DNA of 64,000 nucleotides from a virus, in the IMG/VR virus record IMGVR_UViG_3300001533_001295, positions 20,773-84,772 of that record, one strand, 5' to 3'. A model generated the notes under the pieces. That model was not told the DNA's origin. It ran no database searches and saw only the letters and a list, made by a program, of their open reading frames with translations. The stretch's first letter is position 1, and every line of letters begins with the position of its first letter. The position numbers and the translations under genes were made by a program. This document shows, in pieces, positions 43,441 through 53,044 of this stretch.

Positions 43441-45663
43441 ATGACCGCAGCTTATTTAGAGTCGGGAAATCTAGAGGATCCGGCCGTATTTCTGCCGCCT
43501 GACCTTATTGATGAAGGAGAAGTAATTCTTCCTTCTACAGTAAACAGGCCGTCTCTTTGGCATATGTATAGTAGATATACAACGCCAATTTGGGATAAAA
43601 AGTGGCTAGGACAAGATGAAGTTGTCGCAGTCTTAGACACAGGCGTAAATCCGCACCAAGATTTACCGGCTCCCGTAGCTGAACGGTCTTTTATTTCCGG
43701 CGAAAGTCCTAGGGATGGAAATTTCCACGGCTGTATAGCTCCGTCTGACGTAATTTATACTTCAAATTGCGGTGTTCAAGCGATTGAGACCCTGTTTGAT
43801 CGGTTAGATGGGGTTGCGTACTTCTTAGAAGACGGGGCGATAGTCAAAGACGTATCTAGGTACGGTATTCATACCGTGTCGTTAGATGTTAATGACGGGA
43901 ACCCTAGAGCCGTTAAGGGCCATATTACCCACGTACATAAACTAAAGTACGTTGGTGACATGTATGAGGTGAGTGTTAACGGAGTTAAGTTATCGCTCAC
44001 TCCTTGGCACCCTGTTTACGTGTGTCAAAGTTCTACTGGTAAAAAACGGAGAATTATTAAAAAAAGAGCAGATGAGCTTAAGGTAGGTGATAATATATGC
44101 CAGGTACCGTCTAGTGATGTATCTGTCAGCAGCACTTACCTGACAGTTTGCGTAGGTAAGGAGTACGCTTGTAATAAGTGTGGTAACTTATCGCGGTCGG
44201 CTGTCGTTAAGTGTAAGGGCGTACACAAGAATGGAGTTAGTTGCGGTGGAACCAACTCTTATGAACCTGTACGCGACGTCGTATATAAGCTTGACGAAGA
44301 TATGGCTTTCTGGGTTGGTTTAGTTTTGACTGACGGTTATATCCAGAAAGACCATAAAACGATTGAGTTCACTAATAAGAATGAGACTTTACTCAAAATT
44401 TTTAGTGATTTAAGTCTCAAGCTGTTTGGGCGTTCTCCTAAGCGGTATTACCGTAAGAATGACGCTAGCGCTGCTGTAAATTTACGTTTAAACCATGTCG
44501 ACGCTTATTCATTTTTAGCTCAAATTGGTTTAAACGGCGGAGCTAAGAGCCATGACGTTGATTTGCCTGAGCAGATTTGTAAGAGTCCGCGATCGGTAGT
44601 CGAGTCATTTTTTGCTGGTTGTATTGAGGGGGATGGCTGCACCAGCAATCGAACTACTCGATTAATCACTGGTAGTCGCGTGTTTGCTGATAAGTGCCTT
44701 ATGTTGCTCAAATCGCTTGGAGTTAAATGCTCAATTCAAAAGCATATGAGCGACAAATCTACGTTTGGTTGTAAGAGTGATTGTTTCTCTTTAGGTATTA
44801 GTAGTTGGCCTAGTATGCTTAGCCGGCTTCGTGTTAAATCTCACGAAGTCGTAAAGCCTAAAGGTAACTTTACTTCAGCAGTTAAAAGTATCGTAAAGAA
44901 AGCCTATGACGGCTTTATGTACGATTTTACTGTAGATAAGTACCACAACTACGTAGCTAACGGCTGTATCGTTAGTAACACACACGTGGCTGGTTCTGTC
45001 TTAGGGCGTAACGGAATTGGCTGGGCACCTGAGGCACAGTTAATTAACGTTAAAGTTTTAAGCAACGGTGGATCCGGTTCTAGTCAAGGAATTGCTGCCG
45101 GCATCCATTTTGCTTTAGATAATGGCGCAACCATCGTCAATATGAGTTTAGGCGGTGGTTCGCCTTTTCAACCTACGCAAGATGCTCTGCGTAGGGCTGA
45201 GGCGATGGGTGTTTTAGTTGTGTCTAGCGCTGGTAACAGCGGTCAAAGACCACCTAACAACACCATAGGCTGGCCAGCCAGATTTCTAGAGTCTGGTTGC
45301 TCTGGAGCTAAGCAGCAAAACGGCAATATTGCTTCGTTTAGCAGCGCTGGCCGAGAGATGGATATTGTTACTCCCGGTCAACATATCATAAGCACCAGCA
45401 ACACTAGTCGTACTGGCTACCGCACAGCTAGCGGTACTTCTATGAGTTGCCCTGTAGGTTGTGGTCTGTGGGCAGTCATTCAATCTGCGAGAGTTCGTGT
45501 AGGTTTGCCTAGGCTTAGAGGTATTACTGAGTGGCGAGCTTTCTGGGCTAAATTTACAGTTGATCGTGGTGCTCCAGGCCATGATCCAGTCTGGGGTATG
45601 GGTGTTCCTGACTACGATAAAATCATTGAATTTTTAGCTACAGGTGACTTAAAATGGCTGTAA
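43441..45663 (+). CDS. subtilisin-family (S8) serine protease with intein
   Basis: Catalytic triad VAVLDTG, HG|THVAG, SGTSMSCP; oxyanion SAGNSG. Confidence 0.92.
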   Translation: MTAAYLESGNLEDPAVFLPPDLIDEGEVILPSTVNRPSLWHMYSRYTTPIWDKKWLGQDEVVAVLDTGVNPHQDLPAPVAERSFISGESPRDGNFHGCIAPSDVIYTSNCGVQAIETLFDRLDGVAYFLEDGAIVKDVSRYGIHTVSLDVNDGNPRAVKGHITHVHKLKYVGDMYEVSVNGVKLSLTPWHPVYVCQSSTGKKRRIIKKRADELKVGDNICQVPSSDVSVSSTYLTVCVGKEYACNKCGNLSRSAVVKCKGVHKNGVSCGGTNSYEPVRDVVYKLDEDMAFWVGLVLTDGYIQKDHKTIEFTNKNETLLKIFSDLSLKLFGRSPKRYYRKNDASAAVNLRLNHVDAYSFLAQIGLNGGAKSHDVDLPEQICKSPRSVVESFFAGCIEGDGCTSNRTTRLITGSRVFADKCLMLLKSLGVKCSIQKHMSDKSTFGCKSDCFSLGISSWPSMLSRLRVKSHEVVKPKGNFTSAVKSIVKKAYDGFMYDFTVDKYHNYVANGCIVSNTHVAGSVLGRNGIGWAPEAQLINVKVLSNGGSGSSQGIAAGIHFALDNGATIVNMSLGGGSPFQPTQDALRRAEAMGVLVVSSAGNSGQRPPNNTIGWPARFLESGCSGAKQQNGNIASFSSAGREMDIVTPGQHIISTSNTSRTGYRTASGTSMSCPVGCGLWAVIQSARVRVGLPRLRGITEWRAFWAKFTVDRGAPGHDPVWGMGVPDYDKIIEFLATGDLKWL
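43732..44979 (+). mobile_element. intein (416 aa) with LAGLIDADG endonuclease and zinc-ribbon insert
   Basis: CIAPSDVI...LTPWHPV...IVSN|T; VGLVLTDG and FAGCIEGDG; CNKCG...C...CGG. Confidence 0.92.
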
Positions 45664-46379
45664 AAAATTACTGGTTAGCGATTGTCACAGGTTTTTTAAT
45701 CTGTGTAAACTCTGCTATTTTGCCTGCTCAGGCTGAAGAAGTCGTAGAGATTAACTCTGTCAAGGCCGTAGTAACCGGGCCTACCACAGCTTTGGCTGGT
45801 ACTCCGGTTATCTTGGATGCCGTCGCTTCCAAGGCTGACATGGTTAGATGGGTTCTGCCGCCTAGGTTAGATATTAACGTAGATAAATGCGATTCGCGTT
45901 TGTTCTTCGTTCCTGCCGAAGAAGGGCAAATATCTTTTATCTTGGTAGCTGTTAGGTTTAACCCTAACATCACCGTCGACGCAGTGGTTCACACTGTGAC
46001 GGTCAGGCTAGATGGTGAGGATGACGATGACAGGCCGACATTACCTGTACCTATTCCGGTACTTGCGGACTTTGTCGAGAAAACTGCTAGAGAATTAAAT
46101 GATAGAAATACCGCTAAAAATTTAGCGGATAATCTTGAAAAAGCTCTAGTACACATTAAAACATCTAGTACTTTAGCTGTCGCTAAGGCAGTAACGCGTA
46201 TAGCGGTCGAAGGAGCGCTATCTCAAAGAAGAGGCGACAGTTCGCGAGTAGACTGGTTAAACGGTTGGCGCCGTCCAGTTGACGCTAAAATTCAGGAAAT
46301 AAATCCTGATAATATTGCAAGCTATGCAGCGTGCATCGAACAGGTTATCATAGGATTGCGTTCGTCGATCTCCAATTAG
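45654..46379 (+). CDS. secreted protein with PKD/Ig-like N-domain and helical C-domain
   Basis: Signal peptide ending AQA; VTGPTTALAGTPVILDA; Pro-rich linker. Confidence 0.55.
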   Translation: MAVKNYWLAIVTGFLICVNSAILPAQAEEVVEINSVKAVVTGPTTALAGTPVILDAVASKADMVRWVLPPRLDINVDKCDSRLFFVPAEEGQISFILVAVRFNPNITVDAVVHTVTVRLDGEDDDDRPTLPVPIPVLADFVEKTARELNDRNTAKNLADNLEKALVHIKTSSTLAVAKAVTRIAVEGALSQRRGDSSRVDWLNGWRRPVDAKIQEINPDNIASYAACIEQVIIGLRSSISN

Positions 46380-46422
46380 GAGATTATTACTTTTTTTTCG
46401 CTACGAGCGAGAAAGGTGCGTC

Positions 46423-46968
46423 ATGAAAGAAAAAGTCTCCAACATGGATGTCGCGGGCGTTTGCGACCGCGTCACCGTGTATTGTCGGGAGATGATTGCT
46501 AGTCAATCAGCTTATAACGGCGGTTACTTCCTTGAAGCTGACCGTAACCGTGTTGCCACTTACCTCGATCGATTGGAAGTTTTTGTAGCTGCAGCTAACG
46601 CTCAGCCGCTTGACTTGCCTAAGATCCATAACGTTGGTTACGCCATTCTCCAAAGCTTCCCCAGTGACGAAGCTATTGAGAACGTGGAGAACCAGGACGT
46701 TAAGGACCTTTGCCGTCGATTCAAGGCAATGTGGTACGATATGTCCGAGGCGCAGTCGGCTGATCTTGCCTCTGGTATCAATCAGTTCGACGTTACTCGT
46801 TTTCTAGCTGTTATCGAGAGCTGCCGCAACTTGCTTGCAATGGCTGATTCTTCGATCGACTTGCCTGACAACATGGGTAACATCCCTGTGCCTCGCCCGA
46901 TCGTACCGGCTGTTGAGACCACTGATCCGGCTCCGGCTCCGGCCCCTCGACCAAGGTCAGGATTCTAA
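46423..46968 (+). CDS. hypothetical protein
   Basis: AAGGTG RBS; Pro/Ala tail. Confidence 0.7.
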   Translation: MKEKVSNMDVAGVCDRVTVYCREMIASQSAYNGGYFLEADRNRVATYLDRLEVFVAAANAQPLDLPKIHNVGYAILQSFPSDEAIENVENQDVKDLCRRFKAMWYDMSEAQSADLASGINQFDVTRFLAVIESCRNLLAMADSSIDLPDNMGNIPVPRPIVPAVETTDPAPAPAPRPRSGF

Positions 46969-47010
46969 GCAAAACTTGTTAGACCTTAAGCTCTAATAGG
47001 GAGGGCTAGA

Positions 47011-47226
47011 ATGTTCGACCACTTTGATCGAGACAACGACCCCATCGTAGGTGAGACTGTAGATACCAAGCAGCCTGTGTTTCAGGACATGAAGACCAGG
47101 CTGCTTTATATTCTTCTTCCTCAGCCTCGAAGGTACGTAAATGTATCTAGGGTTAATTTAAATAACAGCAAGCCAGCTCCAGCTAAGAAGCCAGCTAGGC
47201 CGAGAGCAGGTAAGCCTGGTTTTTGA
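47011..47226 (+). CDS. small hypothetical protein
   Basis: AGGAGG RBS; ends in GF like the upstream ORF. Confidence 0.55.
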   Translation: MFDHFDRDNDPIVGETVDTKQPVFQDMKTRLLYILLPQPRRYVNVSRVNLNNSKPAPAKKPARPRAGKPGF

Positions 47227-47249
47227 GGTTATTTAATTGCAGAGACTGA

Positions 47250-47281
47250 GCAAAAGCACGCAAGGTGGCGTGCTTTTGTTA
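47250..47281 (+). terminator. probable terminator
   Basis: GCAAAAGCACGC/GCGTGCTTTTGT. Confidence 0.7.
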
Positions 47282-47378
47282 TTTATAGGCGCGCATAGTA
47301 ATATTTAATTAGCGTTACTACTGCGACGCTATATCTTGCGATTTCTTCGCAGCTATAGTGTCCTAAAACGGCACTAAC

Positions 47379-47552
47379 ATGCACGGTAAACCTGGCTTAG
47401 TCTACGCCATTAAGACTATATTGGCCTCGATAATGTTGTTTATAGCTTTAGCTTACGCTTTGAATTACTTAGAAGTTGCTTTAAGTAATCTCAAAGACGC
47501 CGTTATCGAAGACAACAGGTTTAAGGAGTTACTTGAAGAGCGCTATAAATAG
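47379..47552 (+). CDS. 57-aa single-TM protein (not in ORF track)
   Basis: MHGKPGLVYAIKTILASIMLFIALAYAL...; stop 1 nt before tRNA-Thr. Confidence 0.45.
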   Translation: MHGKPGLVYAIKTILASIMLFIALAYALNYLEVALSNLKDAVIEDNRFKELLEERYK

Positions 47553-47553
47553 T

Positions 47554-47626
47554 GCCAGCGTAGCTCAGCTGGTAGAGCTTTGGTTTTGTAAACCAATTGT
47601 CGTGGGTTCGAGTCCCTCCGCTGGCT
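47554..47626 (+). tRNA. trnT: tRNA-Thr(UGU)
   Basis: Acceptor GCCAGCG/CGCTGGC, stem TTGGT/ACCAA, loop TTTGTAA, T-loop TTCGAGT. Confidence 0.93.
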
Positions 47627-47631
47627 TTGAT

Positions 47632-48241
47632 ATGAGTAACTACTTAAACATAGATGTTCCGGTATTCTTCGCTTACTTAGATAAGGCCTTCATGTACGAT
47701 GAAGAGCCTAATTTAAGTAACGAACGGCTACTCGTAGAGGTCTTTAACTACACATCTATACCGCAGCGCTGCGGCATGTTCTCTGTCATGACAGAGTTCG
47801 GCTCTCAGCACGCTAGAGTACCGCTGCATTACCTACACGCTGAGCCTGAAGGAGGCAGCGACTACCCGTTAGACTGGCTGCAGCTATGGGACTCTTTTAG
47901 TTATTACTGCTCTGCTAACATTATTAGCTACTGTAAAAACAGAGCAGCTAACATAATGTTAAAAGGTAAGACCCTACATAAAGCTCAGTACATGTTTACT
48001 CTGGACTGGTGCTTAGGGCCTCAGTATCAGAGTGGTTATAGTGAGACGGCTATCAGAAGGTCAGTTCTTTATACAGCCGAACAACCGAGTTTTGTGGATG
48101 GATGGTGGTAGCTTTATTTCAAGTAAATTTGAGTCAAAGCCGGACTGGAAAGTGTTTAGCCAAGAGTTCTCTTGCGAACACACTGGCAGCCGCTGGGTTA
48201 GCGAGAGTGAAGAAGAACTCTGGTTTTACGATTTTAAGTAG
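47632..48241 (+). pseudogene. conserved-looking phage protein split by a frameshift near 48045-48055
   Basis: MSNYLNIDVP...LQLWDSFSY...YMFTLDW in one frame; EGQFFIQPNNRVLW continues in another. Confidence 0.55.
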
Positions 48242-48280
48242 CAGTCACAGTCAGTAAGAAATTTTTAAAAAAATAGAACT

Positions 48281-49390
48281 ATGTCTTTTTACTTAAATAA
48301 AAAAAATACTAAAGTTAAAACAGCTAGTTGTTTTAATAATTCAACGTCGCTTACATTAGGTAGTTTTTTATTCAAAAAATCTACAGTTAATTTTAAGCCA
48401 AATAAAGTAGCAGCTGAGCTAATAACAGGTAAAAGAAAAACTAAACCTATTTACGCAACTTTAGATCGTTTAGTTTTTGACAAAGATGAACTAGCTCCTC
48501 CGACTGATAAAGACTTTGATAATTTTAGAGGCATTATAAAGCACATGGAACGAGCGCAGCCTTACAGGCTCGCTGACGCCAAAGTTCTAAGTGGTAGAGT
48601 GCAGCCTAGCGTACTAATAAACGCTATAGCTGACCGAGCTGGAGAAGATATTCTTATCGAAAGAATGGCAGGTGATAGAGCGCAAGCAGCTCAATACCTG
48701 AGTCATCTTACTCCTTCAAGCATAGAGCAACTTGACGCTGCTTATTTTCCGCAAGCTAATTCAGTAGTATTAAACAATAGATCTCCGGGTGTTTTAATAC
48801 ATGAGTTAGGACACGCAGTGGATATGACTAGAGGTGAAAACAGCTCTAATTTAGCTAGATACCTCAGTAATTCTGTTAGACCTTTAAACTGGCTAGAGAG
48901 ACAAGCCTGGAACAAAGGTCAGAGAACATATAGAGAAGGCTTTGCGGAAGACTATCACAGCTTACTCAACGACAGAGAAGCGTCTAAAGATAAACTAGGA
49001 GATATCTTAGACAATTACATAAAAAATATGGAGAGCGTTAACAATAGAAAGTATCCAGCATTAGGCACATATTACGGTACTGCCTTAGGTGGGCTGACTG
49101 GTGGTGTAGCTGGCAGCTTAGCCGGCATAATTGCAGGATATAACATATTAGGGCCAGAATATAGAGGATCTAATTCTTCTATTTCTTTAGCTCTGAGAAC
49201 TGGTTTGTTAGGCGCACTTGGTGGTACTGCGGCTGGATCGGGCTTAGGATTATATAGTGGTCCTTTACTTGGAAAAGCTTACGCTAAGTACAAGCTAAAA
49301 AATGTTAGAAATAAAGAAATGCGTGAGCTAGATAAGCAGCTGCAAAAAATAATTAAAAGAAAAGAAAAAGAAAAAGTTAAAAATAGCTAA
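48281..49390 (+). CDS. HExxH zinc-metalloprotease-like protein with glycine zipper
   Basis: LIHELGHA, downstream ERQAW; C-terminal Gly zippers; N-terminal KTA and KVA motifs. Confidence 0.65.
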   Translation: MSFYLNKKNTKVKTASCFNNSTSLTLGSFLFKKSTVNFKPNKVAAELITGKRKTKPIYATLDRLVFDKDELAPPTDKDFDNFRGIIKHMERAQPYRLADAKVLSGRVQPSVLINAIADRAGEDILIERMAGDRAQAAQYLSHLTPSSIEQLDAAYFPQANSVVLNNRSPGVLIHELGHAVDMTRGENSSNLARYLSNSVRPLNWLERQAWNKGQRTYREGFAEDYHSLLNDREASKDKLGDILDNYIKNMESVNNRKYPALGTYYGTALGGLTGGVAGSLAGIIAGYNILGPEYRGSNSSISLALRTGLLGALGGTAAGSGLGLYSGPLLGKAYAKYKLKNVRNKEMRELDKQLQKIIKRKEKEKVKNS

Positions 49391-49394
49391 TCAT

Positions 49395-50327
49395 ATGAGT
49401 AATTTTAACTTAACTAAACATTTAGCTAATACTGCGATGCGCAAGCAGGCTTCGCCAATTTTAGGTTTATTGAGGTTAGCAACTAAGGCTAAACCTTTAG
49501 CTAAATCGTTTGCGGTTCCCGCCAGAGCCCCTAAGGCTAATTTAGTTAGCGCTGCAAAAAGCCTTCCTACAGGACCTGTGTCAAGTAAGGCAGTAAACTA
49601 TTTAAATTTTTTAGGCAATGTGCCTAAAGGTGAGAGGTTTATACAAAGGCCATTAGCTAACGCATATAGGTTAGGTACGTTAGATGGTATTCCTCTCATG
49701 CGCAGAATTAATCAAGGAATAATTGGATTAACAGCGTATGGTTTAGGCTCGGAAGCGAACAAAGCTTATAAAAACATAAACCGCTCCGTAGATTCTCTAG
49801 CTGATGGTTTAGTTAAGTTACCTTATTTAAGAAATGAAGAAGCAGCCAATATAACTCGTGAGAATTTACATGGCTTAAAAAGAGATCTGATGTTTGATCA
49901 AACTTTAGGTGCTTTAAAAAGAAAATATTTCGATAGAGAAAGCAGTGAAAGACAGCGTCAAATAGACGCTTTAACTAGACGCTTAGCGCTTGAAGGCGTC
50001 AGTAGAGATGTGCATGCAGTTAGCAGTCCTACGGCAGTACAAACTGTTATAAATAACAGAAATGCGTATGCTGCTGCAGTAAATCGAATATCAGATGTGC
50101 CTAAACAAATAGTTCCTAAACCGAAAAGTACGCCTCAGTTAGGTTTAGACATGTATAGAGATTTAGTAAGCTTACCTAAAGGTCCACCTACTTCCGTAGA
50201 GAGAATACTGAGTAATCGATTAAATCCTATAATTCAACGATTTCCAGATGTTGATAGAGAGAAACTCAAAGACAACACTATTATGGCTTACTATCTATAC
50301 CAGTTGGCTAACAGTGTAGGTGAGTAA
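49395..50327 (+). CDS. basic putative virion protein
   Basis: KQA-SP leader boundary; no Cys. Confidence 0.55.
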   Translation: MSNFNLTKHLANTAMRKQASPILGLLRLATKAKPLAKSFAVPARAPKANLVSAAKSLPTGPVSSKAVNYLNFLGNVPKGERFIQRPLANAYRLGTLDGIPLMRRINQGIIGLTAYGLGSEANKAYKNINRSVDSLADGLVKLPYLRNEEAANITRENLHGLKRDLMFDQTLGALKRKYFDRESSERQRQIDALTRRLALEGVSRDVHAVSSPTAVQTVINNRNAYAAAVNRISDVPKQIVPKPKSTPQLGLDMYRDLVSLPKGPPTSVERILSNRLNPIIQRFPDVDREKLKDNTIMAYYLYQLANSVGE

Positions 50328-51041
50328 ATGCCTTATAAATCCGAAGCCCAGAGAAAATACTTTAACGCAAATAGAGCTAAGCTCGAGGCTGAGGGCGTTG
50401 ACGTAGATGAGTGGAATCAGTTGAGTAAGGGTAAGAAGCTAACTAAAAAAGTTAAAGACAAAGAGGCAAACGAGCTAAACCAAAATATCACTTTAAATCA
50501 ACTAAAATCAGTTAAATCTGACTCTGATGTAGGCGATTACTCTTCTAAGAACTACAAATTACAGCAGTTAGTCAGTAAGTATCCAGACCAATTTATTGTC
50601 GATAGCGACGACGGTAAGTATCCTGGAATTACACATACGCCTACTGGTTTTAGGTTTCATACAACCAGAGAGATGGCAGATAGTATATTAAGTAAGCGAT
50701 CTAGTAGTAAACTTGTACACTACTTTAAGCAAGCTAAGTCTAAAGCTTGGCAAACGTCTGAAGGAAAATCAGACGCTGGCGGATTGAATGATAAAGGTCG
50801 AGCCAGCTTAAAAGCTGAAGGCCAGAATATACAGGCTCCGGTTACAGAAGATAAGCCAACCGGATCTAGAGCAAAAAGACGTAGCAGTTTTTGCGCTAGG
50901 TCAGATGGTCAACGTAAGATGCACAATATAGACTGCTCTAAAGACCCCGATAAGAGGATCTGTAAAGCTCGTCGACGGTGGAAGTGTAGTTCGGAAATTT
51001 TAAGTAAGTTTTCAAACTATTTAAAAAACAATAACGGTTAA
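50328..51041 (+). CDS. multi-module small basic protein (putative internal head protein)
   Basis: MPYKSEAQRKY module; KQA|KSKAWQTSEGK...GGLN...SFCAR...RRWKC module. Confidence 0.6.
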   Translation: MPYKSEAQRKYFNANRAKLEAEGVDVDEWNQLSKGKKLTKKVKDKEANELNQNITLNQLKSVKSDSDVGDYSSKNYKLQQLVSKYPDQFIVDSDDGKYPGITHTPTGFRFHTTREMADSILSKRSSSKLVHYFKQAKSKAWQTSEGKSDAGGLNDKGRASLKAEGQNIQAPVTEDKPTGSRAKRRSSFCARSDGQRKMHNIDCSKDPDKRICKARRRWKCSSEILSKFSNYLKNNNG

Positions 51042-51045
51042 AATA

Positions 51046-52464
51046 ATGGCTAACGCAAGCTTAAATTATTTAAGTAAAGTATCTTTTGACAATAATGACT
51101 ACTACAGTCAAGTAAGTAACTTCGTTTCAAACGCTTACGACAGATCTAAAGACACAATTAGAGGTTTAGGTAGGCAAGCTGTAGGTACGCTATACCCTGA
51201 AATTAATGAGGCAGCCGCTGCGCTAGAAAAATACAAACAAAGAGCTTCTCAGTTAAAAGAGAGAGCTAAAGACTCAGCTCCGGCAGCTGGGATAGGGGTC
51301 GGCGCTGGCGCTATAGGTTCGTTGCTATCAGGCGGAAGTCCCGGTAGAGCTCTTTATCAAGGAGCAGCTACAGGATTAGGCGCAGGTTTAGGTTATTTAG
51401 GCTCTAGGTACGCCACGCCTGCTTTGCAGGGCGTATTAAGTGATGAGTACAAAGATTATGCAAACTATCTTAAATACGTCTTACCTGCTGTAGGTGGCGG
51501 ATTAGGTTATATGGCTACTAGAGGTAAGACGGCGGCTTCTAACTTTAATAGGCCGCCTGCTGTAGAGGCTCCGGAAGGTTTACTAGCTTACAACGCAAGA
51601 CTTAAGCAAGAAGCTAAAGAAAATCTTCGACAAATGAACGAAGAATACTCAGCTAATTTAATTCGTAATCTGAGAAACGCTGAAGTTCCAGGAACACCTA
51701 TGTCTGCGATTCGGCCTAATAAAGCAGACTATCATGCGGGAATGCGTCAGCTTGCCGACGAAATAGGCGTCAGTGTTCCTAAATACAGAAGACTTAGTCC
51801 GAAAGAGATAGCGAGTAGGCGTTATGACATAGGAAGACGCAGATTACTTAATAACACTCGCACTTTTATAAGCGATGTTAAAGATGTTGTAGGCGATGTT
51901 AAAGATAAGGCTGTAGCTGAAACATTGGGAAGAGGAGATCTATATGGAACAGGGCCTTATATTTCCGACGCTAAAAGAGAAGAAATTGATGATGCGATCG
52001 GACAAGCAGCTAACGAAAAAACATTTAGAGAACAGGCAGCTAAAGCTGACGAACGACTAGCGAAAGCCAAGCTAAAACCCGAATCTGCGAAACCTCCGGC
52101 AAAAACTGAACCCGCAGCAAAAATGCCGCCGTTAGATAAGTATCAAGAGCTTACTAATCTATTGGCATTAGCTGGAGCCGGAGGTGTAGCTGGTGCTTCG
52201 TTAGGTGGTTTAGTTGGTTATGGCGACGGTAATGCTTTAGGTGGAGCAACTAGGGGAGCCATCATAGGTACATCCTCTGGTGCGGGCCTAGGTTTAGGTA
52301 ACACTTTAGCAAATAAAATAATATCAGGGTTACCCGCTGAAAGTAGCCCGTTGACTACTAACCTATTAAGATTAGGTTTACCGGCAGCTGGCTTAGGTTC
52401 TGGTTTTTACTTATCTAGCGCTTTAACCAAGCCTAAAAAAAGTAAAAAGAAAAAGTCCGATTAG
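51046..52464 (+). CDS. glycine-zipper putative virion/ejection protein
   Basis: Multiple GxxxG zippers; no Cys. Confidence 0.6.
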   Translation: MANASLNYLSKVSFDNNDYYSQVSNFVSNAYDRSKDTIRGLGRQAVGTLYPEINEAAAALEKYKQRASQLKERAKDSAPAAGIGVGAGAIGSLLSGGSPGRALYQGAATGLGAGLGYLGSRYATPALQGVLSDEYKDYANYLKYVLPAVGGGLGYMATRGKTAASNFNRPPAVEAPEGLLAYNARLKQEAKENLRQMNEEYSANLIRNLRNAEVPGTPMSAIRPNKADYHAGMRQLADEIGVSVPKYRRLSPKEIASRRYDIGRRRLLNNTRTFISDVKDVVGDVKDKAVAETLGRGDLYGTGPYISDAKREEIDDAIGQAANEKTFREQAAKADERLAKAKLKPESAKPPAKTEPAAKMPPLDKYQELTNLLALAGAGGVAGASLGGLVGYGDGNALGGATRGAIIGTSSGAGLGLGNTLANKIISGLPAESSPLTTNLLRLGLPAAGLGSGFYLSSALTKPKKSKKKKSD

Positions 52465-52489
52465 TTTTCTATTAACGTAGGAATTTGTT

Positions 52490-53023
52490 ATGCGTAAAAA
52501 ATCTGATATGTCTAGTTTACTTGCTAAAGCGTACCTAGATGAGCAAGCTAGGCAAGGTGAGTTTACTTCGCCAACAACTCTTGAAGCACCGGCTGGTTTA
52601 CCTCCGGCTGCTATGGTGCAAGGTGATGGAGGATACGCTGATAAGATTAACCAGAGATTGCTTGCACTCTCACCACAAGGTAGCGGAGGAGCTGCATCGC
52701 AGTACGACCGCAGGCAAATGATCGAAGCCATTAAATCTTTAGCCAGGAGTAGCGCATTACCGGTCGGTGGTTCGGCTGCCGTAGGTGGTCTGTTGGGTGC
52801 GCTTGGTGGTAACGTAGGAACTGCCGCCTCTAGAGCAACCGGAGCTGGTTTAGGTGCTGCTGCTGGTATGGGAGCGCAACAGCTACTTCAGAATGTTAAC
52901 TTAGATAATCCTTATTTAAGCCCTGAAGTCATTAGGTCGATCTTGCCTTATTTAGGTGCTGGTGTAGGTTATGGCGGAGCCGCTTTAGTTAACCCTAAGC
53001 GCCGCCGACGTGATGAAGACTAG
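52490..53023 (+). CDS. glycine-zipper protein
   Basis: GGSAAVGGLLGALGG, GAGLGAAAGMG; no Cys. Confidence 0.6.
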   Translation: MRKKSDMSSLLAKAYLDEQARQGEFTSPTTLEAPAGLPPAAMVQGDGGYADKINQRLLALSPQGSGGAASQYDRRQMIEAIKSLARSSALPVGGSAAVGGLLGALGGNVGTAASRATGAGLGAAAGMGAQQLLQNVNLDNPYLSPEVIRSILPYLGAGVGYGGAALVNPKRRRRDED

Positions 53024-53044
53024 CACTACACCTAACTAAGTAAC

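Noticed and set aside
47304-47335. Possible third copy of the cassette upstream element (TTAATTAGCGTT...CGCTATAT)
   Set aside because: Similarity is partial and needs gaps; cannot be distinguished from chance by eye
47533-47631. N-terminal extension of the tracked ORF 47533
   Set aside because: It is the translation of tRNA-Thr; ATG 47632 is the plausible start
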